A stretch of DNA of 64,000 nucleotides from Felis catus (GCF_018350175.1 NC_058368.1:168580001-168644000), one strand, 5' to 3'; positions 1 to 12,386 are shown, counted from the first letter of the stretch. The notes: generated from the sequence alone by a model not told the origin. Translations and numbers: made by a program.

Positions 1-439
1 ATCATGACAATGTGGAAACAATGTAACAAATAAGAGAAGAGAGGATAAAGGGGTGAAAAAGTAGGGTGTGTGGAAGATTTGATTTTCTCTATATTGCAGC
101 CGAGGTTATAAAGTCAGGTTTTAAAGCTGACAGTTCAAGTCACAAATGTACAACCACATTTCAAGATATAAAAGTAAACATTAGAAAACAGAAAAACAAT
201 GCAGTTAATTAAACTCAGGTCTTAGAGGGCAGGGATATTATTCATGGTTGGGAATATGTATAAAGGAAAAAGAAACAGAAAATACAGTATATGAAGTTAT
301 GGTAAATTTTAGCCTAAAAACAACCTAGAATGCAATTTTTGTTTTACATTTCCAGAAGAAACGCACACATAAAATATAAAATACAAACATAAAAATATAA
401 AGATCATAAACAGGAAAAGCTAGAAAACATAAGAAGGGA

Positions 440-1300
440 TGTCTATTATATCAATTAATTTACCTATGGAAACAAAATGACCCTCAAAAAGATTATGAAA
501 CAAAATCTAATTAAATACTATACACAAGAGATACCTAATACGAAGTACCTAGAAAAGTTGAGAACTAAAAAGTTAAAAAGTCACAGAATGAAACAAACAG
601 AAATAACTCACTGAGAAAATACTTACTACAAAATAGTAAGAAAAAGATTGAAGGAAAACTCAATAGAAAAGTGGGCAAGAAATTTGACCAGATACTAAGA
701 CCACATCTTTTAAAAAATACACAAAAAGGTGCTCTACCTCATTATTAACCAGGAAAACACAAATTAAAGTCTCTATAAACCCGCCAGAATGGCTAAATAT
801 TAAAAAAGACTAAAAATACTAAGTGTTGGCAAAGATGTAGAGAAAAGAGTACTCTCACACACTGATGGTGGAGTATATAAATTGGTAGAACCACTTTGGA
901 AAGCAATTTTGTGTCATGTCATAAAGTTGATGAATGTGCTCTCTATCCTGTAGCAATTGCATTTCTACCTACATACTCAGCAGAAATGAGTGCATAGGTT
1001 ACCAGCACTTGTGCATAAGAATGATCATTGGCCAAAAACCTGAAACAATTAAATGTCTGTCAAGGGTCATGACATAGTCATACAGTGTAAAACAATACAC
1101 CAAATGAATTCTAGTGGAAGGCATGGTACAGATGAATCTCAGAAACATAATGTTGGGCCAAGGAGAAAAGTCTACACAGCGTAGATTCTGTGTATATAAA
1201 TTTTAAAAACAAGTGAAACTGAAGTCTAATGTAAACAAATGCACACTTAGATGGTAAAAGAATAAAAAGAACAAGGAAGTAACTACATAATGTTTCTCAT
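440..1300 (+). mobile_element. Old, decayed LINE-1 fragments (L1M-type): ORF2 remnants and 3' end
   Basis: L1 3'-region motifs: caatagaaaagtgggcaag, gaatggctaaatattaaaaa, gttggcaaagatgtagag, ccactttggaaagcaat, gatgaatctcagaaacataatgttg. Confidence 0.8.
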
Positions 1301-1644
1301 TAAAGTAAGAAAGAGGAGAACCAGGAAGAGGGAGGAGGGAGGTGGAGGAAAGAGAGGAAGAGGGGAGTGTGAGTGGGAATGGAGGTGGAGGTAGGGTGCT
1401 TCTTGAGCTTTATCAGTGATTTACCTCTTGATCTGAGTTGGTGATTACATGATGTTAGCAGTAGTTTGTTCTTTCAACTGCATGTTTACGTTCATGCAAT
1501 TTTCTAGATATTTTATTTCTAGATTTTATTTAACAATAAAACATTTTTTTAAGTAAAACATAACAAACTCTAAAAACTTCCCCTGAACTTTTCAATGGCC
1601 TTTGAAAGATGTTTATGAATTTTTGGTATAAGAATATCCTCCTT

Positions 1645-1856
1645 GGGGGGCACCTGGGTGGCTCAGTCGGTTAAGCGTCCGACTTCAGCTCTCATAGTTC
1701 ATGGGTTCGAGCCCCGCATTGGGCTCTGTGCTGACAGCCCAGAGCCTGGAGCCTGCTTCAGATTCTGTGTCTCCCTCTCTCTATCTGCCCCTACCCTGCT
1801 TATGCTCTGTCTCTCTCTGTCTCAAAAATAAATAAACATTAAAAAAAAATTTTTTT
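1645..1856 (+). mobile_element. Felid Can-SINE (SINEC_Fc-like)
   Basis: tRNA-like head gggcacctgggtggctcagtcggttaagcg, (CT)n region, AATAAA and A-tail; TSD TAAGAATATCCTCCTT at 1629-1644 and 1857-1872. Confidence 0.95.
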
Positions 1857-1872
1857 TAAGAATATCCTCCTT

Positions 1873-2079
1873 GGGGCACCTGAGTGGCTCTGTCAGTTGA
1901 GTGTCTGACTCAATTTCAGCTCTAGTCATGATCTGATAGTTTGCAGGTTTGAGCCCCACGTAGGGCTCTATGCTGCTCGTGCAGAACCTGCTTGGAATTC
2001 TCTCTCCCTTCCTCTCTCTCTGGCCCTCCCCTGCTCACAGTCTATCTCGAAATAAATAAATAAACTTAAAAAAAAAAAA
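1873..2079 (+). mobile_element. Older Can-SINE directly in tandem with the previous SINE
   Basis: Head ggggcacctgagtggctc, A-tail, degenerate 3' TSD aaggatatccttactt. Confidence 0.93.
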
Positions 2080-2569
2080 GGATATCCTTACTTTAGAGGT
2101 CTTGAAAACTAAAAATACAAAAGAGGCTATAATGATAAAAAATCTGTCAAATACACATTTGTGTGTGGAAACTATCACTCATTTAGCAAATTCATTTCTC
2201 TCAAAGGCTATCAGTCCTAATGCACTTATAATGCTACCAGGTCTTTGCTTTGAGATAATATTCCTTTGTTCACTCAAAATCAACTTTTAAATTTTAAACA
2301 ATAACAAATCCATGGGTCATAAAGAGGACATAGTCTAAGATGATAAGAAATTTCTCTGAGTCTGGTGGCATTACTTCAGTGTTTGGCAAAAAGTGGTAAA
2401 CAACTAATTTTTAAAAATTTCTAATATTCATTTGATAGTAACTATTTCTAAAAATATATATAAAATTAAAAAGTCAAGCATTTACAATTGATTTTCTAGT
2501 AGCCATTAGATAGGTATTGAGAAAAAATGATTGAAATTATGTATTCTAATATATTATTATATTAATTAA

Positions 2570-2770
2570 TTTAGTCCCCTATGGGGCATTTGGCAACAAT
2601 GTTTGGAGACATTTTTTGATTGGGGCAATAAAGTGGGGGAGTGGTACTAATGGCATCTATTGGGTAGAGTCAGGGATGGTGTTAAATATCCTACAATGCA
2701 CAGAAAAGCCCCCTGACAACAAAAAGATGATCTGGCCTCAAATGTCAATAATATTGAGGTTGAAAAACTT
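2570..2770 (+). mobile_element. MER20-like hAT-Charlie DNA transposon
   Basis: ggggcatttggcaa...tttggagacattttt...ggcatctattgggtagag...aaatatcctacaatgcacag...aaatgtcaata...gaggttgaaaaac follows the recalled MER20 consensus order. Confidence 0.85.
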
Positions 2771-3101
2771 TGGAATAAATTAGCCAAGAGAGAAGAGTTA
2801 TTAGATATCGTTAAGCAAAAAAGATTAAAGTTAATTGGTTCCACTTCTGGAAAAAAAAAAGTGTGAGTATATGTAATGTATATAAATATACACATACATG
2901 CACAAAAATGTTAATAATGGTTGAATGCTGAAATCATGGTTGAATTTTAAGGTTTTTGCTTTCATTTTGCTTATCTGAAATTTCTGGTTTTTTTTTTTTT
3001 TTCCTGTCATTCATCACATTACTTGAACCATAAGAAAAAACAAAGTTTAGTTTCTACCAAAGAAAGAACATTGGTTTTGGTACCAGAAAGAACTGGGTTT
3101 T

Positions 3102-3343
3102 TTTTTTTTTTTTTTAATTTTTTTTTAACGTTTATTTATTTTTGAGACAGAGAGAGAGAGAGACAGAGCATAAACGGGGGAGGAGCAGAGAGAGAGGGAG
3201 ACACAGAATCGGAAGCAGGCTCTGGGCTCTGAGCCATCAGCCCAGAGCCCCACGCGGGGCTCGAACTCACGGACCGCGAGATCACGAGATCGTGACCTGA
3301 GCTGAAGTCAGACGCTCAACCGACTGAGCCACCCAGGAGCCCC
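3102..3343 (-). mobile_element. Young felid Can-SINE
   Basis: Reverse-strand SINE with long T-tract and retained CpGs; TSD AAGAACTGGGTTTT at 3088-3101 and 3344-3357. Confidence 0.95.
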
Positions 3344-4016
3344 AAGAACTGGGTTTTAACACCAGTGGTCTTTCACTGAAAGTATTACTATTTTTAATGT
3401 TCTGAGACTGCTTTCTTTTGGTAACATGGGGAATTGATGCCTCTCATATTGCTCTTTTTGTTTTAGTTTAAATACAAGTACACACACATACACACACACA
3501 CCTCAAGAGAAAAAAAATTGAGTAAGAATTCATTTTACTATTATCTTTAATGTTTGAGGGAAAGTATATTTATTTAGAGGGTAGGAAGATAGATGAAGGT
3601 GTGTGCAGATTCTGAAGGTCATTTCTAGGCATGTTCACATGTTAGAGGTTAGCCTCCCATTTACATCTATGTCACTTAAAAACTTTGATTTAACAATGAA
3701 TTCCTTTTTCTTTTTCCATTCAAAATACAATCAACAAGTACCTATAATGTACTAGGCATTGTGCTAAGCACAGTGAAAATAAATGGGGGAAAAAGACTCA
3801 ATCTATTTTCAAGGAAGTCTAATGAGCAGAGAATAACACAAACAACTGGTTATAACACAATGTAGCAAATACCATCACAGACATATCCACAGGATATTAT
3901 GGGAACAAAGAGGAGGAACAATTAGCTAGTACTACTAGTATGCTAGTACTATGCTTATGCCATTCTCATGATTAGATCTATTTTTGGTTCATAAATAAAA
4001 CAGATTGATAAAGTTT

Positions 4017-4242
4017 TTTGGGTTTTGTTTCATTTTGTTTTTTTCTTAGAGCATGTAAGCAGGGGAGGGGGTAGGAGAGAGAGAATGAGAGAGAAAGAGA
4101 GAGAGAGGGAGAGAGAGAATCTTAAGCAGGCTCAACGCTTAGCATGGAGCCTGCCATAGGGCTCAATTCCACTACCCTGAGATCATGACCTGAGCTGAAA
4201 TCAAGAGTCAGATGCTCAACCAACTGAGCCACCCAGGTGCCC
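4017..4242 (-). mobile_element. Can-SINE
   Basis: Reverse head ...actgagccacccaggtgccc; TSD tgataaaagt. Confidence 0.92.
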
Positions 4243-4562
4243 TGATAAAAGTAATTTTCTAACCACAAACAGGAAAGAAGACAGTAATGGATATGAAGGT
4301 CTAGAAGGTGCCTAAATCAGAATTATAGTGTTGGGAGCAGTGATAAACAAAGGAAATTAAAGGGTATTATATGTACACAATCTCCCTTAAAGCAGAAATT
4401 AGATGGTGGGGTGAACTTGAGTCTGTTTCCATCCTGTTACCATCAGATGGTTCTGAAATGCCTGGCTGTTATCTGGGGTAGGAGATGAAAGGCTCCTGAG
4501 TGGGAAGAAAAAGAATCAGTGTACAATAAATAATTTATATGTTAGATTGGGATAGAGTTCTT

Positions 4563-4781
4563 AAAAAAATTTTTTTTTAATATTTATTTTTGAGAGAGAG
4601 AGAGAGAGAGACAGACAGAGTGTAAGCAGGGGAGGGGCAGAGAGAGAGGGAGACAGAATCCGAAGCAAGCTCTAGGCTCTGAGCTGTCAGCACAGGGCCC
4701 CAACTGGGACTCAAACTCACAAACCGAGCTGTGAGATCATAACCTGACTGACACTCAACCAACTCAGCCACCCAGGCGTCC
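4563..4781 (-). mobile_element. Can-SINE
   Basis: Reverse head and (GA)n; TSD TGGGATAGAGTTCTT at 4548-4562 and 4782-4796. Confidence 0.93.
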
Positions 4782-5106
4782 TGGGATAGAGTTCTTTTAA
4801 AAATCTGCCTAGAACTGCAACTATTTAACGTGCTAGTATTACTCTCTTGTGCTAGCAGGAAGTGGTTAAGAAATAAACATTTTGTGGAGATATGAAGATA
4901 TTTGGGATACCAGGAATCAGTGTGCTTCATACTGGACAATGCTTTGAATAGCTGGTGGATTAGAGAATTGAGATGAAGAGTACATGGTTCCAAAAGAAGT
5001 CAACATCAACTGAAGAATACAGTGAAGAGAGCAGCAGAACAGAGGTTCGAATTGAATATGGGTCTTTGGTTGACAGAGAACTTTTCCAGCAACTTAGTTG
5101 TTTATA

Positions 5107-5352
5107 CAGTAGTTCCTCCCTTATCTTCTGTTTCACTCTCTGTGGTTTTAGTTACCCATGGTCAACTGTGCTCCAGAAGTAGATGTTCCTCCTTCTGACA
5201 TACAGGTTAGCAAGTAGCCTAACGCTATGTCACAATGCCTATGTCACTCACTTCACTTCGTGTCATTCACCTCACTTCATCACATCACATAGGTATCACC
5301 TCACACCATCACAAGAAAAAAGGTGAGAACAGGACAATAAGGTATTTTGAGG

Positions 5353-5394
<42 letters not shown>

Positions 5395-5622
5395 GAGAGG
5401 CCACATTCACCTATTACAGTACATTGCTAGAATTGTTCTATTTTATTATGTTATTGTTAATCTCTTACTGTGACTAATTTATAAATTAAACTTTGTCATA
5501 GGTATGTATATATAGGAAAAATCATTTATATATATATATATATATATATCTGTATATATATATACCTGAAACCATATATATATATGCATATATATATATA
5601 TACCATATATATGGTATATATG

Positions 5623-5654
<32 letters not shown>

Positions 5655-5663
5655 CCATATATA

Positions 5664-5710
<47 letters not shown>

Positions 5711-5767
5711 TTTCAGGTATCCACTGGGATCCTGAGCCTTATCTTCTACAGATAAGGAAATTACCAC
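5107..5767 (+). mobile_element. MER44/Tigger7-family TcMar-Tigger DNA transposon containing (GA)n and (TA)n expansions
   Basis: TA followed by cagtagttcctcccttatc terminus; internal aatctcttactgtgactaatttataaattaaac; 3' end ggtttcaggtatccactggg...gataagg. Confidence 0.85.
5528..5720. repeat. Interrupted (TA)n array with internal inverted repeats
   Basis: About 180 bp of TA with palindromic interruptions such as taccatatatatggta; a 19-bp perfect inverted repeat at 5562-5580 and 5702-5720. Confidence 0.95.
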
Positions 5768-6009
5768 ATTTCATTTAGAAAGCAATAAGAAACCGTAGAC
5801 GATATATTGGTTTTTTCAGATTTTCAAAAATACCTGTTTTGATCAAACTGGAGATCATAAGAAACTGCATGATGCTTACTATAAGGAAAGACTATTAGAA
5901 CCAAAATTGACTGCCAGGTTCACTGCCCTACTATGAGGCCACTGAAGATAATGGGCAGAGAACATACTGGGTAGTCCCACTGTTGGTGCTAGGCAAATAC
6001 TGGAGTCCT

Positions 6010-6400
6010 CCCGCTTAAGTCCTCACACATTCTATTCCCTGGGTCTAGAACACCATTTAAGGCGGCTGATTCCTCCTCATCGTTCAGTTGTCAGTTGAAA
6101 TAGCACTTCCTCAGGAAAATCTTCCCTTTTCTCCTCTTCCCCATCTCCATCCCCTCCCCATAGGTATCTCCCAGTAATAAGCTCTCGAAGTTGTAATTAG
6201 ATAATGGGTTTGGTGGTTAGTCAGTTCCCTCTTCCACACCTCAACCTCTCATCCTTAAATAAGCTTTAGAAGGGCAGAAGGGCGGGGACCCTGTTTTTCT
6301 CACAACAGGTGGGCATCATCTCCAGTGCCTTGCAGTACTGGTATATAGCGTGTAATCGATAAGCATGTGTTGAATGAACGGATAAGCTTTTGTTAACTGT
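6010..6400 (+). mobile_element. L2 3'-end remnant
   Basis: cacttcctcaggaaaatcttccct ... agtactggtatatag ... gtgttgaatgaa. Confidence 0.65.
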
Positions 6401-6499
6401 TTACCAATGCCAGGCCCATAGAAGCACTCAAATAAACAGCACTTACTGAAATACACATTCATTAGCTCATTTCATTTGCACAAAACCAGAAGTAAGAAA

Positions 6500-7200
6500 C
6501 CCGGTATTGCGGTCTAGAAAACTACGGCAAGTTAAGCGACCGCAGAGCAACAGCGCCGGGCCTGGGAGCCAACCCTGTCCACTTCCTTGGCCGGGTCCTC
6601 CTCGGTTACGCCAGGAGGCAGCCCTCAGGTTCGCCCTCCGCGGCTCTGCCTTCGCTGCCGACCTGCGCCCTGCAGAAGCTCCTTTCTTCGGTTCGAAGGA
6701 GTCCCCCCAGCGGGAAGTCGCGCCGAGGTGGCGAAGAAGACCTTCCAGGGGCGGCGGGGCAGGCGTGAAAGCCGCTCCTGGAAGGGAACCGCTCCGCCTG
6801 AGTCGCATCCTGGCGTGGGGACTCAGGTGAACAGGGCCCAGAAGGCCACAGGCTCCGCCACCGCTAGGACCAAGAACAGTCTGCGGAACCCTGGCTCAAG
6901 ATTCCCCAACCCGCGCCTTCGGCCCCACGCGCGCTCCCCGCGGCCGCTCTAGGACGCCGGAGGGGCCTCCTCTCTGTGGTTGGGACCCGGCCTACCGCCG
7001 GGAGCCGCCCACCTTGGGGATGGGCCGCTCGAGTCCCAGGCGAGGCACGGGCCTTGGGTTAAACCCAACACCCCGCGAGCTGGAGCAGAAGCTGTTAGAA
7101 GGCAAGGAGGCCCGGGGGACGCTCTGGCCTCTGTACCTGACTCCATGTCCTGGCTGTCTCCGGAAAGTCTGATTTCTAAATATCTTGGAGAACAACGCGG
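6500..7200. promoter_or_regulatory. Small CpG island (promoter, alternative promoter or orphan island; direction unresolved)
   Basis: Abrupt GC- and CpG-rich stretch in an AT-rich, CpG-depleted background; ETS-like CACTTCCT (~6580), E2F-like GCGGGAA (~6710), possible donor CAG|GTGAAC (~6826). Confidence 0.75.
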
Positions 7201-7602
7201 TCAGTTTTGCCCAAAATTACACCTCTTTTGCTGTGTGGCAGAAAGAAAAACAAAAAACACTCTACCATTTCTTAGTTTGTCATTACTATTTTCTGGTGAT
7301 TTCTCGTGTGTACCCCTGGTTTTGTTTCTAATTGTTGCTGTAGAATCTTTGATGTGATGGAAGCATTTGAGTTACCCCTCTCTGCAATTCCCTGAGCACT
7401 GGGTGGAATATGGCACCTGGACTTCTTTCTCCTAGCAGAGCTAACACCCTTAGAGAAAACAACTGCTCTACCTAATGTTGTGGTTAGAACCACAAACATT
7501 AAAGATGAGCAGGGCTAGAGCCCAAAGCACTGGCCCAAATGCAAACAGAAACAACTGGTAATGAAAATAGAGGGTAATGGAAATAGCAAGACAATGAATT
7601 GC

Positions 7603-7709
7603 TATGTGTATTTCTAAATGTGCAGTTATTGACTAAAAAAACCTTTCATGAACTAGTATGTATATTTCTAAGTGTACAGTTATTGACTAAAAAAACCTTT
7701 CATGACTAG
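7603..7709. repeat. Local tandem duplication, 2 x ~54 bp
   Basis: tatgtgtatttctaaatgtgcagttattgactaaaaaaacctttcatgaactag repeated with a few mismatches. Confidence 0.9.
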
Positions 7710-7723
7710 GTTTACTAAGAATT

Positions 7724-7818
7724 GGAGTGCCTGGATGGCTCAGTAGAGCATGTGACTCTTGATCTCAGGGTTATGAGTTCAAGCCCCATGTTGGGTGTAG
7801 AGATTACTTTTAAAAAAT
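7724..7818 (+). mobile_element. Short, old-type Can-SINE
   Basis: tRNA head gcctggatggctcagtagagcatgtgactcttgatctcaggg...gagattactt; TSD taagaatt. Confidence 0.85.
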
Positions 7819-8859
7819 GTGTATTAAGAATTGTTAATAATTCTTAAATGTTCTGCAGTAGAGGAGTTTCTGCATTATGAAGGCAATTTAGATGATTTTA
7901 ACAAGATGGGGAAGCATGACTTCATATGTTTATTCTTTATTAAAAAGGCTTTTGTCAGTTCCCCAGGTCTTTAAGAAGCCTAATTCCATTTATTTTCACA
8001 GTTGTACTCTGATAAATACCAATTCCAAAATCAAATATTTCTTTATGTTTAGATAGATATAGGTAGAAACATTCTTGTGTGGGTCAGTGAAGAGATATGA
8101 ATAATTTAGCTACACAGAAAAAAATAGAATTGATGCTCCTGACTAGTTAAAAACCCCAAGGAATTCGGTTTCGGTTGGAAAGTCCTAGAGCTATTTCACA
8201 ATACTTATTAACGAGCTTATTATATTATCCATTTTAGGAATCTGTCTTGGCAATCTTTTATTCTTAGTGGTTCCTTCTAATAACGTCCTCACTTTATTGC
8301 TGTGTGCATAATGATGTTCTTTAGTATATCCAAGAGAGTTTTTGATGTTGGAATATGCAATGACTCAAGTTTCACTCTAGCAGCTTGAAAGAGTGATAAT
8401 GAGGTGCTCTCCTTTTTACATTTATACTCCCCTTCCGGGCGTATAATTTCATTTAAAAGTTGGTATTATTCTTCTAGATTTTCTATTCAATAATGAAATA
8501 CAAAGCAATGATTGTTCCCCTAAGAACAACTTTAAGTTTTCTGAAAGCTAGGATAAGGACTTTGCAGCAAACTCTAAAGGTATCATTTGGGAATTTAACA
8601 CAATATGCTTCAAACCAGATAAAAGGAAAGGTTCTAAATTAAAGTATGTGGATGAAGATCTATAGTCTGGCACTAAATCAATGGAGATGTAGTGGGTGGC
8701 AAATAGAATTGCAGGAAGAAAGTGAAGCTATCTGGTTGGTTGCCTGGAGCTTTTATTTGTAGGGCTCAAGTCCAGCTCAGCATTGCAGGAAAAATTACTT
8801 AAACCACAAAGACAGAAGGAAAAAGGGTATTTGAGGGTGTGAAGCTCAATACTAAAAAT

Positions 8860-9420
8860 AATAGTAACAGTGACTAGCACTTATGTAGCATATATTAAAT
8901 CCAGGCACCACGATAAATATTTTATGTGCCTTAGGCCATTTAATCTTCTCAACAACCCTGTGAAGTTGGGTTAAGACTATCCTCATTAAGACCAGTTAAG
9001 TTTCCTCAACGTGGGAAATTGTGGAGCGTGTTCTCAAATTTAGGTCTGTCTGATTTTTAAACCTATAAAGGGATTTTTATGTCAGCTGTGTTCTTTTCTA
9101 CTTTAAAAGAAATGATCTTCCTTACTGTTTCATCATTTTGCACACATGCTCCTTTCCTCTCAAATTCACTCCTCTTCTTCTGAATCAATAGACCTAACTG
9201 GAGAGGCAGGATGTTGAGTAAGTGATTCTTGCATTAGATCACCTGGATTCAAATCACAGTGCCTCTAATAACAGCTGTGAGACCATGAATCGTGTATTTA
9301 ACCTCTCTGCTTTTTTTCACATCTGATAATATTAGTGCTACCCCACAGGGTTTTAAATAATACTTAAGTGAGAGTGTGTATAAAAAACAGTTGGTGAGTA
9401 TCTGAGCATATAAGTACTCA
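8860..9420. mobile_element. Two MIR remnants (minus ~8860-9060, plus ~9200-9420)
   Basis: MIR core motifs atttaatcttctcaacaaccctgtgaag and acctggattcaaatc...ctgtgagacc...tttaacctctctg. Confidence 0.7.
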
Positions 9421-9829
9421 GTTTATATTATTTTTCCTAGAACCCAATAGTGAATGTGACAGCATTCTCTAACAAGAGCCTAAGAAGCCTCAGAGGCATA
9501 GCTGGCATTTGCTGTAGGAGAAAGAAGTAAAACATTTACCTCTATCTGCTTTTGGAACATGTGAGGGTTCACTCAGGGTTGGGAAGAGGAGATAAGTAAA
9601 AGTTTGTCAGGGACTAACTCCAATTTATGACTGCTATAGGAAAGGCAGTTTCTGTGTGTTGTATATGATTAGTGATGGACTGAGTACCTAAGAGTTCTTT
9701 CTAAATTTGAACACTCATTAACATCACCAAATACCCAGTAAAAGCTCAGGCTCACCCTCTAAAAAAAAGATTTATAGAGAATGCCTTTGTCATGTGGATC
9801 AAACCTGGCTTTAAAGGTTTCTGGTAGAT

Positions 9830-10037
9830 CTTTTTTTAAATTTTTTTCAATGTTTATTTATTTTTGAAAGAGAGAGACAGACAGAGCATGAGTGAGGGAG
9901 GGGCAGAGAGAGAGGGAGACACAGAACCTGAAGCAGGCTCCAGGCTCTGAGCTGTCAGCGCGACTCTGGGCTTGAACTCACAAACTATGAGATCATGACC
10001 GGAGTTACTTAACTGACTGAGCCACCCAGGTGCCCCA
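9830..10037 (-). mobile_element. Can-SINE
   Basis: Reverse SINE with internal deletions; TSD ctggtagat. Confidence 0.92.
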
Positions 10038-11162
10038 CTGGTAGATTTTTCTTAACACACATAATATGGATGGTCATTATTGCTGCACTGTGGTTTGAAT
10101 CTTAGTATGAACATCCAGATTCAGAAAACAAATACATATGGATGTGATTAGTCTAAGTTTATTTTAAAAAGGATTCACAAAAGGATTTCTCTAAATATGT
10201 TTTTTGTAACCTTTTTAGGCATTTGAATTTTACTGTGAATCTAGAGTGCTATTGAAATAACAGTAGCAAATGTTTAGTGAACTCTTACCATTCTAAGCTT
10301 TTTATACATATTACTGTATTTATTTTCAAGACCAAATAAATTAGAAGTTGTTTTGTGTTATTATCTTCATGTCACAGATTGGGAAACTGAAGTACACAGT
10401 TTAAATAATCTGAGTAAGATCATCCAGCTATGATTTCACCGGGGCCGATTGTCTCCACAGCCAGAGCTTTGACTCAACCATTCTCCTCAGAAAAGTGTGC
10501 CTTATTGTACACAGCCATATCACATCATCTTCCAATTTTCCATACAATTTTACAGCACATGGACTCTCTGAAGTCCGATTGTAAACCCCGTGATAAAACC
10601 TATTACAGATAGTGATTATCTCTAATACACCCACACACACATTCCAAAAATACAACTTATAGACAGTCTTTTAGGAAAACTTTATAATTAGAGAAAGGTT
10701 TTAATGTTCTGAAATGGAAAACACCCTACAGAATTCCCATATTATCAGTCCTCTTTTAGCGAACCATGAGCAGTCTTTTTGTAGCTGCTTGTATAGTATG
10801 TGGTAGTAATTAGCACCCATCCCTTCTTTGGAGAACTGCTTTGTCCCCATAAAGTGTGTGATTCCAGCAGAAGCTGCCATACACCAAGCTTCTAACATTG
10901 TCAGATTTTAGCTTGCATGTAGTATATTTCCTTTAATGACACCTTATTATCCTTTGACATTGCCTATTGCAAGCATCATGCTGCTACAGCTTTGATTTTG
11001 TTTATAGTACTTCTAAATATATCTATCACATTCACTTGTCTATTTTGTTTTTCTATTTTGTTTTATTTTCATTTGTGTCAAGTCTTAAAAGATTGTGTTT
11101 ATTTTATATGAAAAATATTATTGGGCTCACATTATCAGTGTGAGTCAGTCCCTTGGCTTGTG

Positions 11163-11560
11163 TGTAAGTGCTAGGGCTGCCATAACCAAATACCACAGAC
11201 TGGGTGCCTTAAACAGCAAGAATTTATCTTCTTACAGTTCTGGAGACTAGAAGTTCAAGATCAAGGTGTTGGCAGGTTTGATTTCTTCTGAGGCCTTCCT
11301 CTTTGGCTTGCAGATGGCTGCTTTCTTTCTGTGTCCTCACATGGTCTTTCCTCTGTGGGTATGCATCCCTGGTGTCTCTGTGTATGTCCAAATGACCTAT
11401 TCTTATAAGGACTCCAAATCAAATTGGATTAGGGCTCACCCTAATGGCCTCATTTTAACTTAATCACCCTTTTAAAGGTCCTATCTCTTAATACAGCCAT
11501 ATTTTGAGGTACTGGGCTTCAACATGTACGTATAGGGGAGACACAGGTTAACCCATAACA
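11163..11560 (-). mobile_element. MaLR solo LTR (MLT1A/B/C-like)
   Basis: agggctgccataaccaaataccacagactgggtg...cagttctggagactagaagttcaagatcaaggtg...ggattagggctcaccctaat...cccataaca. Confidence 0.88.
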
Positions 11561-11900
11561 GCATAGCTTTTGGGTTTTTTCACATTGCAATACCAAGTTT
11601 ATTTTCTTTCCAGAGCATGCCATGGGGCTTCTTTCTAAATATTGCTTAAGATAAATTACATATTAAATTTGTATATTGGACACCAGGATTCCTGGTGATT
11701 ATTTAGAACTCTGTGAATTTTCAATTTACCCAAACAAGGTATCTGAATCTCCTTACATGCCAGTAGTTTGACAGTTTGAGAGAAAGCTGAGTACAGATCT
11801 CTTTTCCTAAAGTTTTATTTTTTCTTTTAGAGATAGACTGTGATAAAGTTATTTATTTTTATTTTTAAGTTTTTAATGGGCTTTGTTTTTGGATGACTTG

Positions 11901-12118
11901 TTTTTTTTAATGTTTATTTATTTTGACAGAGAGAGAGAGAGTGAGCATGAGTGTGGGAAGGGCAGAGAGAGAGGGAGACACAGAATCTGAAGGAGGTTCC
12001 AGGCTCTGAGCTCCGAGCGTCAGCACAGAGCCCGACGCAGGCCTCGAACTCATGGACTGGGAGATCATGACCCGAGCCAAAGTCGGATGCTCAACCGACT
12101 GAGCCACCCAGGTGCCCC
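11901..12118 (-). mobile_element. Can-SINE, head-to-head with the next SINE
   Basis: Reverse SINE; imperfect TSD tggatgacttgtt / tgaatgactgtt. Confidence 0.93.
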
Positions 12119-12145
12119 TGAATGACTGTTAAAAATTGTCCTTTA

Positions 12146-12371
12146 GGGGCGCCTGGGTGGCGCAGTCGGTTAAGCGTCCGACTTCAGCCAGGTCACGATC
12201 TCGCGGTCCGTGAGTTCGAGCCCCGCGTCAGGCTCTGGGCTGATGGCTCGGAGCCTGGAGCCTGTTTCCGATTCTGTGTCTCCCTCTCTCTCTGCCCCTC
12301 CCCCGTTCATGCTCTGTCTCTCTCTGTCCCAAAAATAAATAAACGTTGAAAAAAAAAATTTAATAATAAAA
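12146..12371 (+). mobile_element. Very young SINEC_Fc-type SINE
   Basis: CpG-rich intact body ggggcgcctgggtggcgcagtcggttaagcgtccgacttcagccaggtcacg; TSD AAAAATTGTCCTTTA at 12131-12145 and 12372-12386. Confidence 0.96.
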
Positions 12372-12386
12372 AAAAATTGTCCTTTA

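Noticed and set aside
5522..5778. YI-repeat ORFs, and the K-rich or ER-repeat ORFs elsewhere (e.g. 26405, 19877)
   Set aside because: Translations of microsatellites and low-complexity tracts.
6467..7357. Overlapping 65-125 aa ORFs in the first CpG island
   Set aside because: Stop-poor GC-rich sequence is open in several frames at once; most ORFs have non-ATG starts and none resembles a protein I recognise.
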